Assembly: GCA_945883675.1 (NCBI GenBank)
Contig: CAMCYA010000003.1
Coordinates: 1,808 to 65,807 of the forward strand
Direction: 5' to 3'
Length of the DNA: 64,000 bases
Source: Bifidobacterium breve
Lineage (GTDB): Bacteria; Actinomycetota; Actinomycetes; Nanopelagicales; Nanopelagicaceae
The translations under genes were made by a program, and so were the position numbers. The first letter of the stretch is position 1; each line of letters begins with the position of its first letter. Below the pieces are notes generated by a model, which saw only the letters and a program-made list of their open reading frames with translations, had not been told where the DNA came from and searched no databases. This document shows positions 1-9,999 of the stretch, in pieces.

Positions 1-798
1 AGATGTATACAAAATAAATAGTGGATGCTCGGAGTCAAAAGATTGGGCGACATGCTCCTCAGATTGTCTACCTACAATCTCATGCCACCAAACATCAGTT
101 TTATCATTCCAAAGAGTTTCTTGCTTGGTTCGTTGGACCACTAAGACATGGGCAACATTGTGCTTGCCTTTCAAGGCCTCATCTACAGCAGGTTTTAATG
201 CAAAAGGAGCTCCTTTTCGAAAACCGCCATCAGCAGTTATCACTAATTTTGCATCGGCATCTTGAATGCGAGACAAAAGCGCATCTGCCGAGAAACCACC
301 AAAAACAACAGAGTGTGGAGCACCGATTCGTGCGCAAGCCAACATTGCAATTGCAGCTTCAGGAATCATTGGCATATAAATCGCCACACGATCTCCCGAA
401 GTGATACCTAATTCGGTTAGGGCATTTGCAGCTTTCTTCACTTCAATCAGTAATTGTGAATAGGTAATTGTTCGACTATCGCCTGGTTCACCTTCAAAAT
501 AGAAGGCAACTCGATCACCAATACCTTGTTCAACATGGCGGTCCAATGCATTAACAGATGCGTTTAACTGCCCACCAACAAACCACTGTGCATATGGGGC
601 TTCCCATTGAAGGGTTTGGCTCCATGGTTTATCCCACTTTAAATTCTTTGCTTGCAACTCCCAAAAAGCAAGGCGATCTTTTTCTGCTAGCTCATATAAA
701 TCTGCTTTTGCATTAGCCATCGCAGCAAACTCTGCAGTTGGTGGAAATCTTCTATCTTCACTCGAAAGATTCGCGATTGATTCATGGGCTTGGCTCAT
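1..798 (-). CDS. acs: Acetyl-CoA synthetase, N-terminal part (runs off window start)
   Basis: Manual translation from ATG at 798: [20 protein letters not shown]...[17 protein letters not shown]...[36 protein letters not shown]...HPLFILYTS. Not in ORF track because it is truncated. Confidence 0.95.
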   Translation of the reverse strand, partial: MSQAHESIANLSSEDRRFPPTAEFAAMANAKADLYELAEKDRLAFWELQAKNLKWDKPWSQTLQWEAPYAQWFVGGQLNASVNALDRHVEQGIGDRVAFYFEGEPGDSRTITYSQLLIEVKKAANALTELGITSGDRVAIYMPMIPEAAIAMLACARIGAPHSVVFGGFSADALLSRIQDADAKLVITADGGFRKGAPFALKPAVDEALKGKHNVAHVLVVQRTKQETLWNDKTDVWWHEIVGRQSEEHVAQSFDSEHPLFILYTS

Positions 799-902
799 GC
801 CTCAGAACATTACATCTTTGACTTAGTTATCAACAGTACTTGCCTTCAGATAATTGACTTGATTGACATTGATCGAAAATACCGCAACAGAAAGGAGAAC
901 TC

Positions 903-1007
903 ATGCTCATATCTTTTATTGCACTCTTCCTAAAGCTCTTAAGTAGCCCCATGCTCGTAGCTGCCTTGGCCAAGTTTCTGGCAAACGCCCTGAAAACCAT
1001 GGCGTAG
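903..1007 (+). CDS. Unannotated 34-aa hydrophobic/cationic peptide MLISFIALFLKLLSSPMLVAALAKFLANALKTMA
   Basis: Strong SD (AGAAAGGAG, 889-897) 5 nt before ATG 903, TAG at 1005-1007, followed by an intrinsic terminator. Confidence 0.7.
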   Translation: MLISFIALFLKLLSSPMLVAALAKFLANALKTMA

Positions 1008-1015
1008 AGAGATTG

Positions 1016-1052
1016 AAAAGGGCCACTCGGGGTGTCTCGAGTGGTCTTTTTT
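1016..1052 (+). terminator. Rho-independent terminator, possibly bidirectional
   Basis: AAAAG-GGCCACTCGGG-gtgt-CTCGAGTGGTC-TTTTTT: 11-bp stem with two G-U pairs, U-tract downstream, A-tract upstream. Confidence 0.85.
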
Positions 1053-1164
1053 GTACCTGCACATCGAAAGTGAGAGGATTGGCTGTAAGCCTCTAGACGA
1101 CTCAACGAAGCGCTTAGTCTAAAGATTTACAATGATTTAAAACGAGCTAATAGGAGTCACCACA

Positions 1165-2199
1165 ATGCCGATTGCAACCCCTGAAGTCTTTAATGACATG
1201 TTAGATCGTGCAAAAAAAGGCGCATTCGCATATCCGGCTATAAATGTTTCATCATCACAGACAGTAACTGCAGCTATTCGTGGTTTTGCCGAAGCAGAGT
1301 CTGATGGAATTATCCAATTTTCTTGGGGCGGCGCTGAATACGCATCGGGCTCAACTGTAAAAAATATGGTTGACGGCGCGGTAGCACTCGCAGAGTATGC
1401 CCATGTTGTAGCAAAGAACTACAAAGTTAATATTGGAATTCACACCGATCACTGCCCAGTTGAAAAACTAGATGGCTTCATGCGACCACTATTAGCCTTT
1501 GGCGCGGATCGACTTAAGTCGGGTAAAGCACCTTTGTTTAACTCTCATATGTGGGATGGATCAGCCGTTGATATGGTTGAAAATATGAAGATTGCAAAAG
1601 AAATGTTAGCAATGTCAGTTGCCGCACAAACTATTCTTGAAATTGAAATTGGGGTTGTCGGGGGAGAAGAAGATGGCGTTGAAGCAAAACATGATGCCAA
1701 GTTGTACTCAACACCTGAAGATGCACTTATGACAGTTGAAACTTTAGGAACTGATGCAAAAGCCCGCTACTTAGTTGCTGCAACATTTGGAAATGTGCAT
1801 GGTGTGTATAAGCCCGGCAACGTAGTTTTGCAGCCAAAAATTCTTGCAACTTTGCAAGAGGCAGTCTCAGCCAAACTCGGACTACCTAAGGGAAGTAAGC
1901 CAATGGATCTTGTTTTTCATGGTGGATCAGGTTCCCTTCTCTCTGAAATTCGAGAATCACTTGATTACGGTGTGATCAAGATGAATGTTGATACCGATAC
2001 TCAATATGCATTTACTCGTCCAGTTGTTGATCACATGCTTAAAAACTATGACGGTGTATTAAAGATCGATGGTGAAGTTGGAAATAAAAAAGCATATGAC
2101 CCACGTGCTTGGGGTAAGGCAGCAGAGGCTGGCATGGCTGCTCGCGTTGCTCGTGCCTGCGAAGATCTTCGTTCAACCGGTACTTCATCACTAAAATAG
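1165..2199 (+). CDS. fbaA: Fructose-bisphosphate aldolase class II
   Basis: HTDHC, SHMWDGS, GGEEDG, FGNVHGVYKPG, FHGGSGS, KMNVDTD motifs; SD AGGAG. Confidence 0.97.
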   Translation: MPIATPEVFNDMLDRAKKGAFAYPAINVSSSQTVTAAIRGFAEAESDGIIQFSWGGAEYASGSTVKNMVDGAVALAEYAHVVAKNYKVNIGIHTDHCPVEKLDGFMRPLLAFGADRLKSGKAPLFNSHMWDGSAVDMVENMKIAKEMLAMSVAAQTILEIEIGVVGGEEDGVEAKHDAKLYSTPEDALMTVETLGTDAKARYLVAATFGNVHGVYKPGNVVLQPKILATLQEAVSAKLGLPKGSKPMDLVFHGGSGSLLSEIRESLDYGVIKMNVDTDTQYAFTRPVVDHMLKNYDGVLKIDGEVGNKKAYDPRAWGKAAEAGMAARVARACEDLRSTGTSSLK

Positions 2200-2203
2200 T
2201 TAA

Positions 2204-3510
<1,307 letters not shown>

Positions 3511-3511
<1 letters not shown>

Positions 3512-4914
3512 TGAGCATTCTGGCCGATCGTTACGCATCTTCTGCGATGCGTGAAATCTTTTCGCCAGAATCCAAAATTATTGCTGAGCGCAAACTGTGG
3601 ATTGCAGTCATGCGCGCTCAATCCGCTCTAGGCCATGCAATTTCCAAAGATGTAATTACAGATTACGAAAAGGTAATTACACGAGTGGATTTATCATCCA
3701 TTGATGCGCGCGAGAAAAATTTACGCCATGATGTTAAGGCTCGAATTGAAGAGTTCAATGCATTAGCTGGGCATGAAGTTATTCACGCTGGAATGACCAG
3801 TCGGGACTTAACTGAAAACATTGAAGCATTTCAGATTCGAAACGGTCTAGAAGTTGTCCATAACAAAGTTGTTGCACTCCTTGCTCGACTAGGTGAGCGG
3901 GCCGTGCAGTACGCCGATCAACCAATTGCTGGGCGATCACATAATGTTCCGGCACAAGTAACAACTTTGGGAAAGCGATTTGCATCTGCAGCTGAAGAAC
4001 TGCTTTTTGCATATGAACGCTTAGTTGCATTACAAGATCGATATCCGATGCGCGGAATTAAAGGCCCAGTGGGTACTGCGCAAGATTCCATTGATCTACT
4101 TGGCTCTTCGAAAGCCCACTTAACTTTAGAAAGCGCTATTGCAAAAGAGCTTGGCTTTAATAAAGTTTTGGACTCAACTGGACAGATTTATCCACGCTCA
4201 TTTGATTATGATGTTGTTACAACATTGGTACAAATCGCATCATCGCCTTCATCATTAGCAACTTCAATCCGATTGATGGCAGGTGCCGAGCTGGTAACTG
4301 AAGGATTTAAAGCTGGACAAGTTGGCAGCAGTGCAATGCCTCATAAAATGAATACGCGTTCATGCGAGAGAGTTAATGGACTTGCAGTTGTACTTCGCGG
4401 CCAAGCTTCTATGGTTGGCGAGCTCTCTGGAGATCAATGGAATGAAGGCGATGTTGCATGCAGTGTTGTTCGCCGTGTTGCACTACCTGATGCCTTCTAC
4501 GCAATCGATGGTTTACTTGAAACAATGCTTACCGTTCTTGATGAATTTGGTGCATTTCCAAAAGTGATTGCAGCAGAGCTTGACCGCTATCTACCATTTT
4601 TAGCAACAACCAAGATTTTAATGGCAGCGGTTAAGGCTGGCGTCGGCCGCGAACTTGCTCATGAAGTGATCAAGGAACACTCCGTAAAGGCAGCATTAGG
4701 AATGCGTGAAGGTTTAAAAAACACACTGCTCGATGATTTGGCGCAGGACAGTAGATTGCCTTTTGATCGTTTAGAGTTAGATAAGTTGATTAGTAAACCA
4801 ATTGAATTTACTGGCGAAGCCCGTGAACAAATTTCACGTGTAGTAACCCGGATTAATGCGGTGATCACCGCCCATCCTGCAGCAGCAAAATACGCGCCGC
4901 ATTCAATTAGATAA
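3511..4914 (+). CDS. purB: Adenylosuccinate lyase
   Basis: Fumarase-family GSSAMPHKMN signature, RHDVKA, GRSHNVPAQ; coupled to purA. Confidence 0.95.
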
Positions 4915-4928
4915 ATCACAAAAAATTT

Positions 4929-5213
4929 ATGCGCGATCCTGAAGTTTTACAACAAGTAAAGAAGACTCTTCAAGAGTTAACTGTTAAAGCCCCTGGTAGA
5001 GCAATTGAAGTTCGAGTTCCGCCATATGCAGCTGTTCAATGTGGCCAAGGCCCAACCCACACGCGAGGGACTCCTGCCAACACAATTGAAATGAATGCCC
5101 AGACTTGGTTGGCCTTAGCCTCGGGTGAGCTCACCTGGGATCAGGCTGTGGCTAGTGGAGCAGTTTTAGCATCTGGCCTAAGGGCGGATCTCACAGAATA
5201 TCTACCCCTTTAG
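4929..5213 (+). CDS. Actinobacterial sterol-carrier-like small protein (MDMPI C-terminal-like)
   Basis: APGRAIEVRVPPYAAVQC..GPTHTRGTPANTIE..ASGLRADL, typical of the small gene found in actinobacterial pur clusters. Confidence 0.8.
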   Translation: MRDPEVLQQVKKTLQELTVKAPGRAIEVRVPPYAAVQCGQGPTHTRGTPANTIEMNAQTWLALASGELTWDQAVASGAVLASGLRADLTEYLPL

Positions 5214-5305
5214 CGCCTAAAAACCTGGTGGAAGGTGATTGCCAAGCGCGATAAAGTTCCACTCTGACAAAGAGCAAAAAGAGCAATAAGTGAAGGAGGT
5301 CGCCC

Positions 5306-5482
5306 ATGGGTCGCGGCCGCGCAAAAGCAAAACAAACCAAAGTTGCACGTGATTTGAAATATAACGGGCAAGACATGGATCTAGATCGTCTGACAAAAGA
5401 GTTGCATGGTGAACTCGATACGACAACACGCAAGGATGATGACGATCCATTTGCCGAGGGCAATTACATTCCACGCTCGTGA
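5306..5482 (+). CDS. DUF3073 family protein (58 aa)
   Basis: Manual translation MGRGRAKAKQTKVARDLKY...; SD AAGGAGGT upstream; below the ORF-track length cutoff. Confidence 0.9.
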   Translation: MGRGRAKAKQTKVARDLKYNGQDMDLDRLTKELHGELDTTTRKDDDDPFAEGNYIPRS

Positions 5483-6294
5483 GAGCAACACCGTACGTCG
5501 CATCACTTCGTATCTACGAACCAATCTCTGCATTCGATGCTGCTGATCGTTTGCGTTGGCAGGGAATTGAAAATGATGCATCCAGTTTTGATCGCGAACA
5601 AAAATTAGCACTTAATCGTGTTGCCCATCCCGAACCACCTGCGGGACGACCAGACGGTGTACATATTATTGATAAAGATAAAATTCGATATCTATCTCCA
5701 TGGTCCACAGCTACACGGTGTTGGGCAGCCCTTGATAATTTTAAAGAATCACTTCCAAGTTCAGTTGTTCCATTTTTTATTTCACCAGCGATGGAAGAAG
5801 TTATTACTGCTGGCGTAGACCTACTTGATGACAAAACACCACATATTTTAAATGAGACTTGGTTAATTCCACCACGCTGGTTTATTTTGTTTTCTCCAGA
5901 AGAGCGAACCCGGGGTAAGGATGAACATGGTCTTTATTCTAAGGCGTTAACATCGATAGCAAATGCAAAGCAAAGATGCTCCTCCGCCCATGAGAGCGTG
6001 TTTGGAGCTTTTGGTGAAGGCCCTGTCGAAGAAGAGTTAGAAAATTTATTAGATTGGTTAGAAATGTTTCATCCAGAGTCTTTAGTCGAACTCGATTATG
6101 GCGGTTTAGCTAATTACATGGACAAAGCTTTGCGAGATTCTGGAGAAGATGGTTTGGAATCTGATTCATCCATTGAAGATGTTTTGCATTCAGTTGCAGG
6201 ACTTGCAGCAGCAGATGCAATGATGGCCGGAACTGGTTATCAGCGTTTAATGTCCAGGTGGCGATTAGTTCAAGGGTTCGAACAAGCCTCATAA
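5479..6294 (+). CDS. Conserved actinobacterial hypothetical protein, usually adjacent to bldC
   Basis: PYVASLRIYEP N-terminus and FHPESLVELDYGGL motif; GTGA overlap with DUF3073. Confidence 0.75.
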   Translation: MRATPYVASLRIYEPISAFDAADRLRWQGIENDASSFDREQKLALNRVAHPEPPAGRPDGVHIIDKDKIRYLSPWSTATRCWAALDNFKESLPSSVVPFFISPAMEEVITAGVDLLDDKTPHILNETWLIPPRWFILFSPEERTRGKDEHGLYSKALTSIANAKQRCSSAHESVFGAFGEGPVEEELENLLDWLEMFHPESLVELDYGGLANYMDKALRDSGEDGLESDSSIEDVLHSVAGLAAADAMMAGTGYQRLMSRWRLVQGFEQAS

Positions 6295-6336
6295 TTGCTC
6301 TTGCTTACCTTCCAAAATCCAGCAATACTTCACCTT

Positions 6337-6364
6337 AATACGGGTCAATATGGACAATACCGAC
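6337..6364 (+). promoter_or_regulatory. Putative BldC autoregulatory direct-repeat site
   Basis: AATACGGGTC-AATATGGAC-AATACCGAC, head-to-tail repeats at 10 and 9 bp spacing just upstream of bldC. Confidence 0.5.
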
Positions 6365-6397
6365 CAGCAGTAAACGAGATAAGTGGGAGCAGACTTC

Positions 6398-6595
6398 ATG
6401 AATCGCATTCCAGATGCAGAAGTTCTTTTGACACCCAAAGAAGTTGCCGCGCGTTTTCATGTCAATCCAAAAACTGTAACCCGTTGGGCAAAAGCGGGAA
6501 AGCTAACTGCTATTCGAACATTAGGTGGTCATCGACGCTATCGCGAGTCTGAAGTTTTGGAGCGTTTGCGTGAATATAAGGAATCTAACGCTTAA
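6398..6595 (+). CDS. bldC: BldC family MerR-like DNA-binding protein
   Basis: LLTPKEVAARFHVNPKTVTRWAKAGKLTAIRTLGGHRRYRESEV closely matches Streptomyces BldC; ATG 6398 after GGGAG. Confidence 0.9.
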   Translation: MNRIPDAEVLLTPKEVAARFHVNPKTVTRWAKAGKLTAIRTLGGHRRYRESEVLERLREYKESNA

Positions 6596-6627
6596 TTGCT
6601 CCGTTGATAGTGCAGTAGACTTACACC

Positions 6628-6819
6628 ATGCCTGATAAAAATGATGATGTAAAAGCAAGAATGCTTGCTGCCCTTGAAGCTAAGAAGAATAAAAAAGGTG
6701 CACCAGGAACTCAGGCACACGCCGACTCTGGATCGAAGATTCGTGGAGGCCAACGAAGCGGAGGCGCTCCACAAGTTCAGCGCAAAGCTGGTCCGTCAGG
6801 ATCTGGTTCAGCTGGTTAA
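6628..6819 (+). CDS. DUF5302-like small basic protein
   Basis: DDVKARMLAALEAKK...GSKIRG...RKAG; leaderless -10 TAGACT 6 nt upstream. Confidence 0.7.
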   Translation: MPDKNDDVKARMLAALEAKKNKKGAPGTQAHADSGSKIRGGQRSGGAPQVQRKAGPSGSGSAG

Positions 6820-6878
6820 ACCAGCATCACCTATAACTTTTTAAACAACTTTAATTTTTTAAATAATCGCTAAGTTTT

Positions 6879-9095
6879 TTAGCGAGGACGACGTCGACGC
6901 TGACTTGAGTTAGGGCGCGGACGCTTCCCACCACTTCGTACAGATTTTTCAACGATAGGCACGATGTAAGGAATACCAGAAGGCTCCTGTGCACCAGTAA
7001 TTTTCATTAAATCAGTACTTAATGGTGTAACACCAACATACTTCGCAAGAACCCCTGCACGTTGGATAAGTGAACCGATTGATTTTTGCTGGCGAGTTGT
7101 TGCAAGAGTAACAACAGTTCCTGCCTCACCTGCGCGTGCAGTACGACCTGCACGGTGTAGATAATCTTTGTGATCAGTTGGTGCATCAACATGCACGACT
7201 AATGAAATTCCATCTACGTGAATACCACGTGCTGCAACGTCGGTTGCAACCAATGCTGCATTTGCAGTGTCCTTAAATAAGGCCAAAGTACGGGTACGTA
7301 CGGCCTGTGATTTTCCGCCATGCAAAGCACCAACAGGCACGCCTGCGTGAGCTAATTTGTCGGCCAAACGATCAGCACCGCGCTGAGTCTTTACGAACAA
7401 AATTGTTTTTCCATTTCGCGCTGCAACTTGATTTGTAATGTCATCTTTTTCTGATGGATTCATGACTAATACAAAGTGCTCCATAGTCGAAACAGAGGCA
7501 CGATCATTTTGAAGCGAGTGAGTCTTTGGGTTTTTTAGATATTGACGAACAAGTGAATCTACGCCGCGATCGAGCGTTGCAGAAAATAGAAGTCGCTGAC
7601 CATCAAGTTTTGCTTGATCAAGAATCTCTTTTACAACGGGCAAAAATCCCATGTCTGCCATCTGATCTGCTTCATCAAGAACGGTGATCTGTAGTTGATC
7701 TAACTGCACTTCGCCTTTATTAAGTAGATCAATCAAGCGGCCAGGGGTTGCAACCAAGATTGCAGTTCCGCGGCGCATTGCAGTGATCTGCTTTGCATAA
7801 GACATTCCACCAGCAACTACAACTGATTCATGGCCAATTGAACGCGCCAATGGCATTAGTACTTCATCAATTTGCTGTGCAAGTTCACGAGTTGGAGTTA
7901 AGACAAGGGCCAATGGCTTATGAGGCTTTGCAACCTTGCCATTTAAGTTGTTAAGAAGAGCTAAACCGAAAGCAAGAGTTTTTCCTGAACCAGTCTGTCC
8001 TCTACCCAAAATATCGTGACCGGCAAGTGCATCAGGAAGTGTTGCAATCTGAATAGGGAAGGGATGCATGATTCCCTGCTTACTCAGTGCATTTACAAGC
8101 GGAGCTGCAATTCCAAGCTCTGCAAATGTAGTTGTAATCTCTGTAAGCGGAGTTGCATCTACAAGATTTGCATCAGCTAAGTTTGCTGAAATGTAATTGT
8201 CATCTGCGCCAAAATCTACAGCTGCATTTGAGTGCGTTTTGCTGTGTTTTTTGAAATCATCACGGGCATATGCCGGTGAGTCATTACGGCGATCACGGAC
8301 TGGACGTTCTGCACGAAAGTTTGCTGCACGAGTATCTGGTGCCGCGCTTGGCTTCTTTGGACGAGTTGGATCAAACTTCTCATACTTGCGTGGCTCAAAA
8401 TTTGGACGACCATCATCGGTGCGTGCAATTTTTGCCTTGACCGCATCACGTCGATTAGTCGGACGTGTATCTGAAGTTGCTCTCGCAGAAGAACCTTGTG
8501 AATTAGCACTACGTGTCGAAGTTCCACGTGCATCGTCGGGCTTAAATGCTGGACGCTCTGCTTTCTGGTAACTCTTTTTAAACTCTGGTTTATCTGATCT
8601 ACGAGCAGTTGGTTTTTCTGAACGCTCTGTGCGGTTAGTGCGACCTAAAGATTCCGGACGCTCAGTGCGCTCGGTGCGGTTAGCGCGTGGCGCAGATTCG
8701 CGAGCATCGCGCTCCTTTACAAACTTCTTTGCACGAGAGTCTGGACGCTGTGATCGCTCGATACGCGCTTTGCGTTCATCAGGTGCCTCTGTTGGTCGTG
8801 GCTTTGATGCAGTTTGTTTTTGATAACGCTCAGCACGAAGTTTTGAGCGATCGGAAAGTCGAGTTTCTTTCTTTGAAACTGTAGATGCATCAACATCTGA
8901 ATAGCGACGAGTTACAGGCTTTCCTGATGCTGATTTTGCTACTGCACCTTTGCGGGCAGCTTTTTGTGCGGAAGTGTGACGTGCCTTTGGCGCGGCAGAT
9001 TTAAAGGCGGCAGCCTTCTTTGCACGCTTAGGTTTTCCGACTGAGGCGGCGCGACGGGCTTTTCCGGGCGCGGCAATACGTGGTTGTAGAGACAT
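6879..9095 (-). CDS. DEAD-box RNA helicase with long basic N-terminal extension
   Basis: Q-motif PFPIQ, GQTGSGKT, PTRELA, TPGRL, DEAD, SAT, ARGIHV, HRAGRTARAG; ATG 9095 preferred over the 9110 start. Confidence 0.95.
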   Translation of the reverse strand: MSLQPRIAAPGKARRAASVGKPKRAKKAAAFKSAAPKARHTSAQKAARKGAVAKSASGKPVTRRYSDVDASTVSKKETRLSDRSKLRAERYQKQTASKPRPTEAPDERKARIERSQRPDSRAKKFVKERDARESAPRANRTERTERPESLGRTNRTERSEKPTARRSDKPEFKKSYQKAERPAFKPDDARGTSTRSANSQGSSARATSDTRPTNRRDAVKAKIARTDDGRPNFEPRKYEKFDPTRPKKPSAAPDTRAANFRAERPVRDRRNDSPAYARDDFKKHSKTHSNAAVDFGADDNYISANLADANLVDATPLTEITTTFAELGIAAPLVNALSKQGIMHPFPIQIATLPDALAGHDILGRGQTGSGKTLAFGLALLNNLNGKVAKPHKPLALVLTPTRELAQQIDEVLMPLARSIGHESVVVAGGMSYAKQITAMRRGTAILVATPGRLIDLLNKGEVQLDQLQITVLDEADQMADMGFLPVVKEILDQAKLDGQRLLFSATLDRGVDSLVRQYLKNPKTHSLQNDRASVSTMEHFVLVMNPSEKDDITNQVAARNGKTILFVKTQRGADRLADKLAHAGVPVGALHGGKSQAVRTRTLALFKDTANAALVATDVAARGIHVDGISLVVHVDAPTDHKDYLHRAGRTARAGEAGTVVTLATTRQQKSIGSLIQRAGVLAKYVGVTPLSTDLMKITGAQEPSGIPYIVPIVEKSVRSGGKRPRPNSSQRRRRPR

Positions 9096-9246
9096 GAAAA
9101 TAAACACCAATCAAGACGACAAGCGCGTCTCGGGTATGGATCGCACTAATGGCGTCCAGAGCGAAAATAAGACTCGCATGTAGTGCTGCATGTTGCAGCA
9201 CTTGGGGGAAGTACATCGATGCGAATGCACCAATACCTTAATTCTA
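9096..9246 (-). promoter_or_regulatory. Helicase promoter and structured 5' leader of about 140 nt
   Basis: -10 TAGAAT (9246-9241); perfect 9-bp hairpin AGTGCTGCA/TGCAGCACT (9182-9202); AGACG/CGTCT hairpin near the start codon. Confidence 0.55.
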
Positions 9247-9253
9247 CCCCAGA

Positions 9254-9997
9254 TTATTGAATGGAAAAACCAACTGGAAGCTCAAGTCGATTTGCCTCAA
9301 GCAACGCCTTATTTGTAAGAATATTATGCGTGGACCCATCGGCGACAATAATTCCACCTTTTAAAATTACTGCTCTTTCACAAAGCTCATTTGCATAAGG
9401 AAGATCATGAGTGACCATGACCATAGTGATATCTAAAGATCGCAAAATATCGGCTAATTCACGTCGACTTGCTGGATCTAAATTTGATGAAGGCTCATCT
9501 AGAACAAGTATCTCAGGCTTCATCGCAAGCACTGTTGCAACTGCTACACGTCTGCGTTGGCCAAAAGATAAGTGATGAGGCGGGCGGTCTTTAAACTCTG
9601 CCATTCCAACTAATTTAAGGGCTTCATTTACGATTGAATCTAACTCTTCTCCACGCTTACCCATGTTGTAAGGACCAAATGCAACATCTTCACCAACGGT
9701 TGGCATAAATAATTGATCGTCAGGATCCTGAAAAACTATTCCAACTTTTGCTCGAATTTGTTTGAGTGAATCTTTATTTTTTGCATCCACTAACTCACCG
9801 GCGATTCGCACCGAGCCCTGCGCTGTTGGATGGATTCCATTCATATGCATAACTAAAGTTGTTTTGCCCGCTCCATTTGGTCCCAAGAGTGCGACTCGCT
9901 CACCTTTGTTGATTGAAAGATTGACTCCAAATAAAGCTTGATTGCCATCCGGATATGCAAAAGCTAACTCTTTAATTTCCAAACTCGGCGTAGACAT
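9254..9997 (-). CDS. cbiO: ECF Ni/Co transporter ATPase (CbiO/NikO)
   Basis: GPNGAGKT, FQDPDDQLF, LSFGQRRR, LDEP. Confidence 0.9.
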   Translation of the reverse strand: MSTPSLEIKELAFAYPDGNQALFGVNLSINKGERVALLGPNGAGKTTLVMHMNGIHPTAQGSVRIAGELVDAKNKDSLKQIRAKVGIVFQDPDDQLFMPTVGEDVAFGPYNMGKRGEELDSIVNEALKLVGMAEFKDRPPHHLSFGQRRRVAVATVLAMKPEILVLDEPSSNLDPASRRELADILRSLDITMVMVTHDLPYANELCERAVILKGGIIVADGSTHNILTNKALLEANRLELPVGFSIQ

Positions 9998-9999
9998 TA

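Noticed and set aside
21-404. 127-aa plus-strand ORF
   Set aside because: Antisense shadow of acs, which is clearly coding on the minus strand.
830-1105. 91-aa minus-strand ORF in the acs-fbaA gap
   Set aside because: No SD or recognisable motif, and it runs through the terminator; the plus-strand 34-aa ORF has SD and terminator support.
5191-5611. Several minus-strand ORFs of 76-90 aa
   Set aside because: Shadows of DUF3073 and the downstream hypothetical gene.
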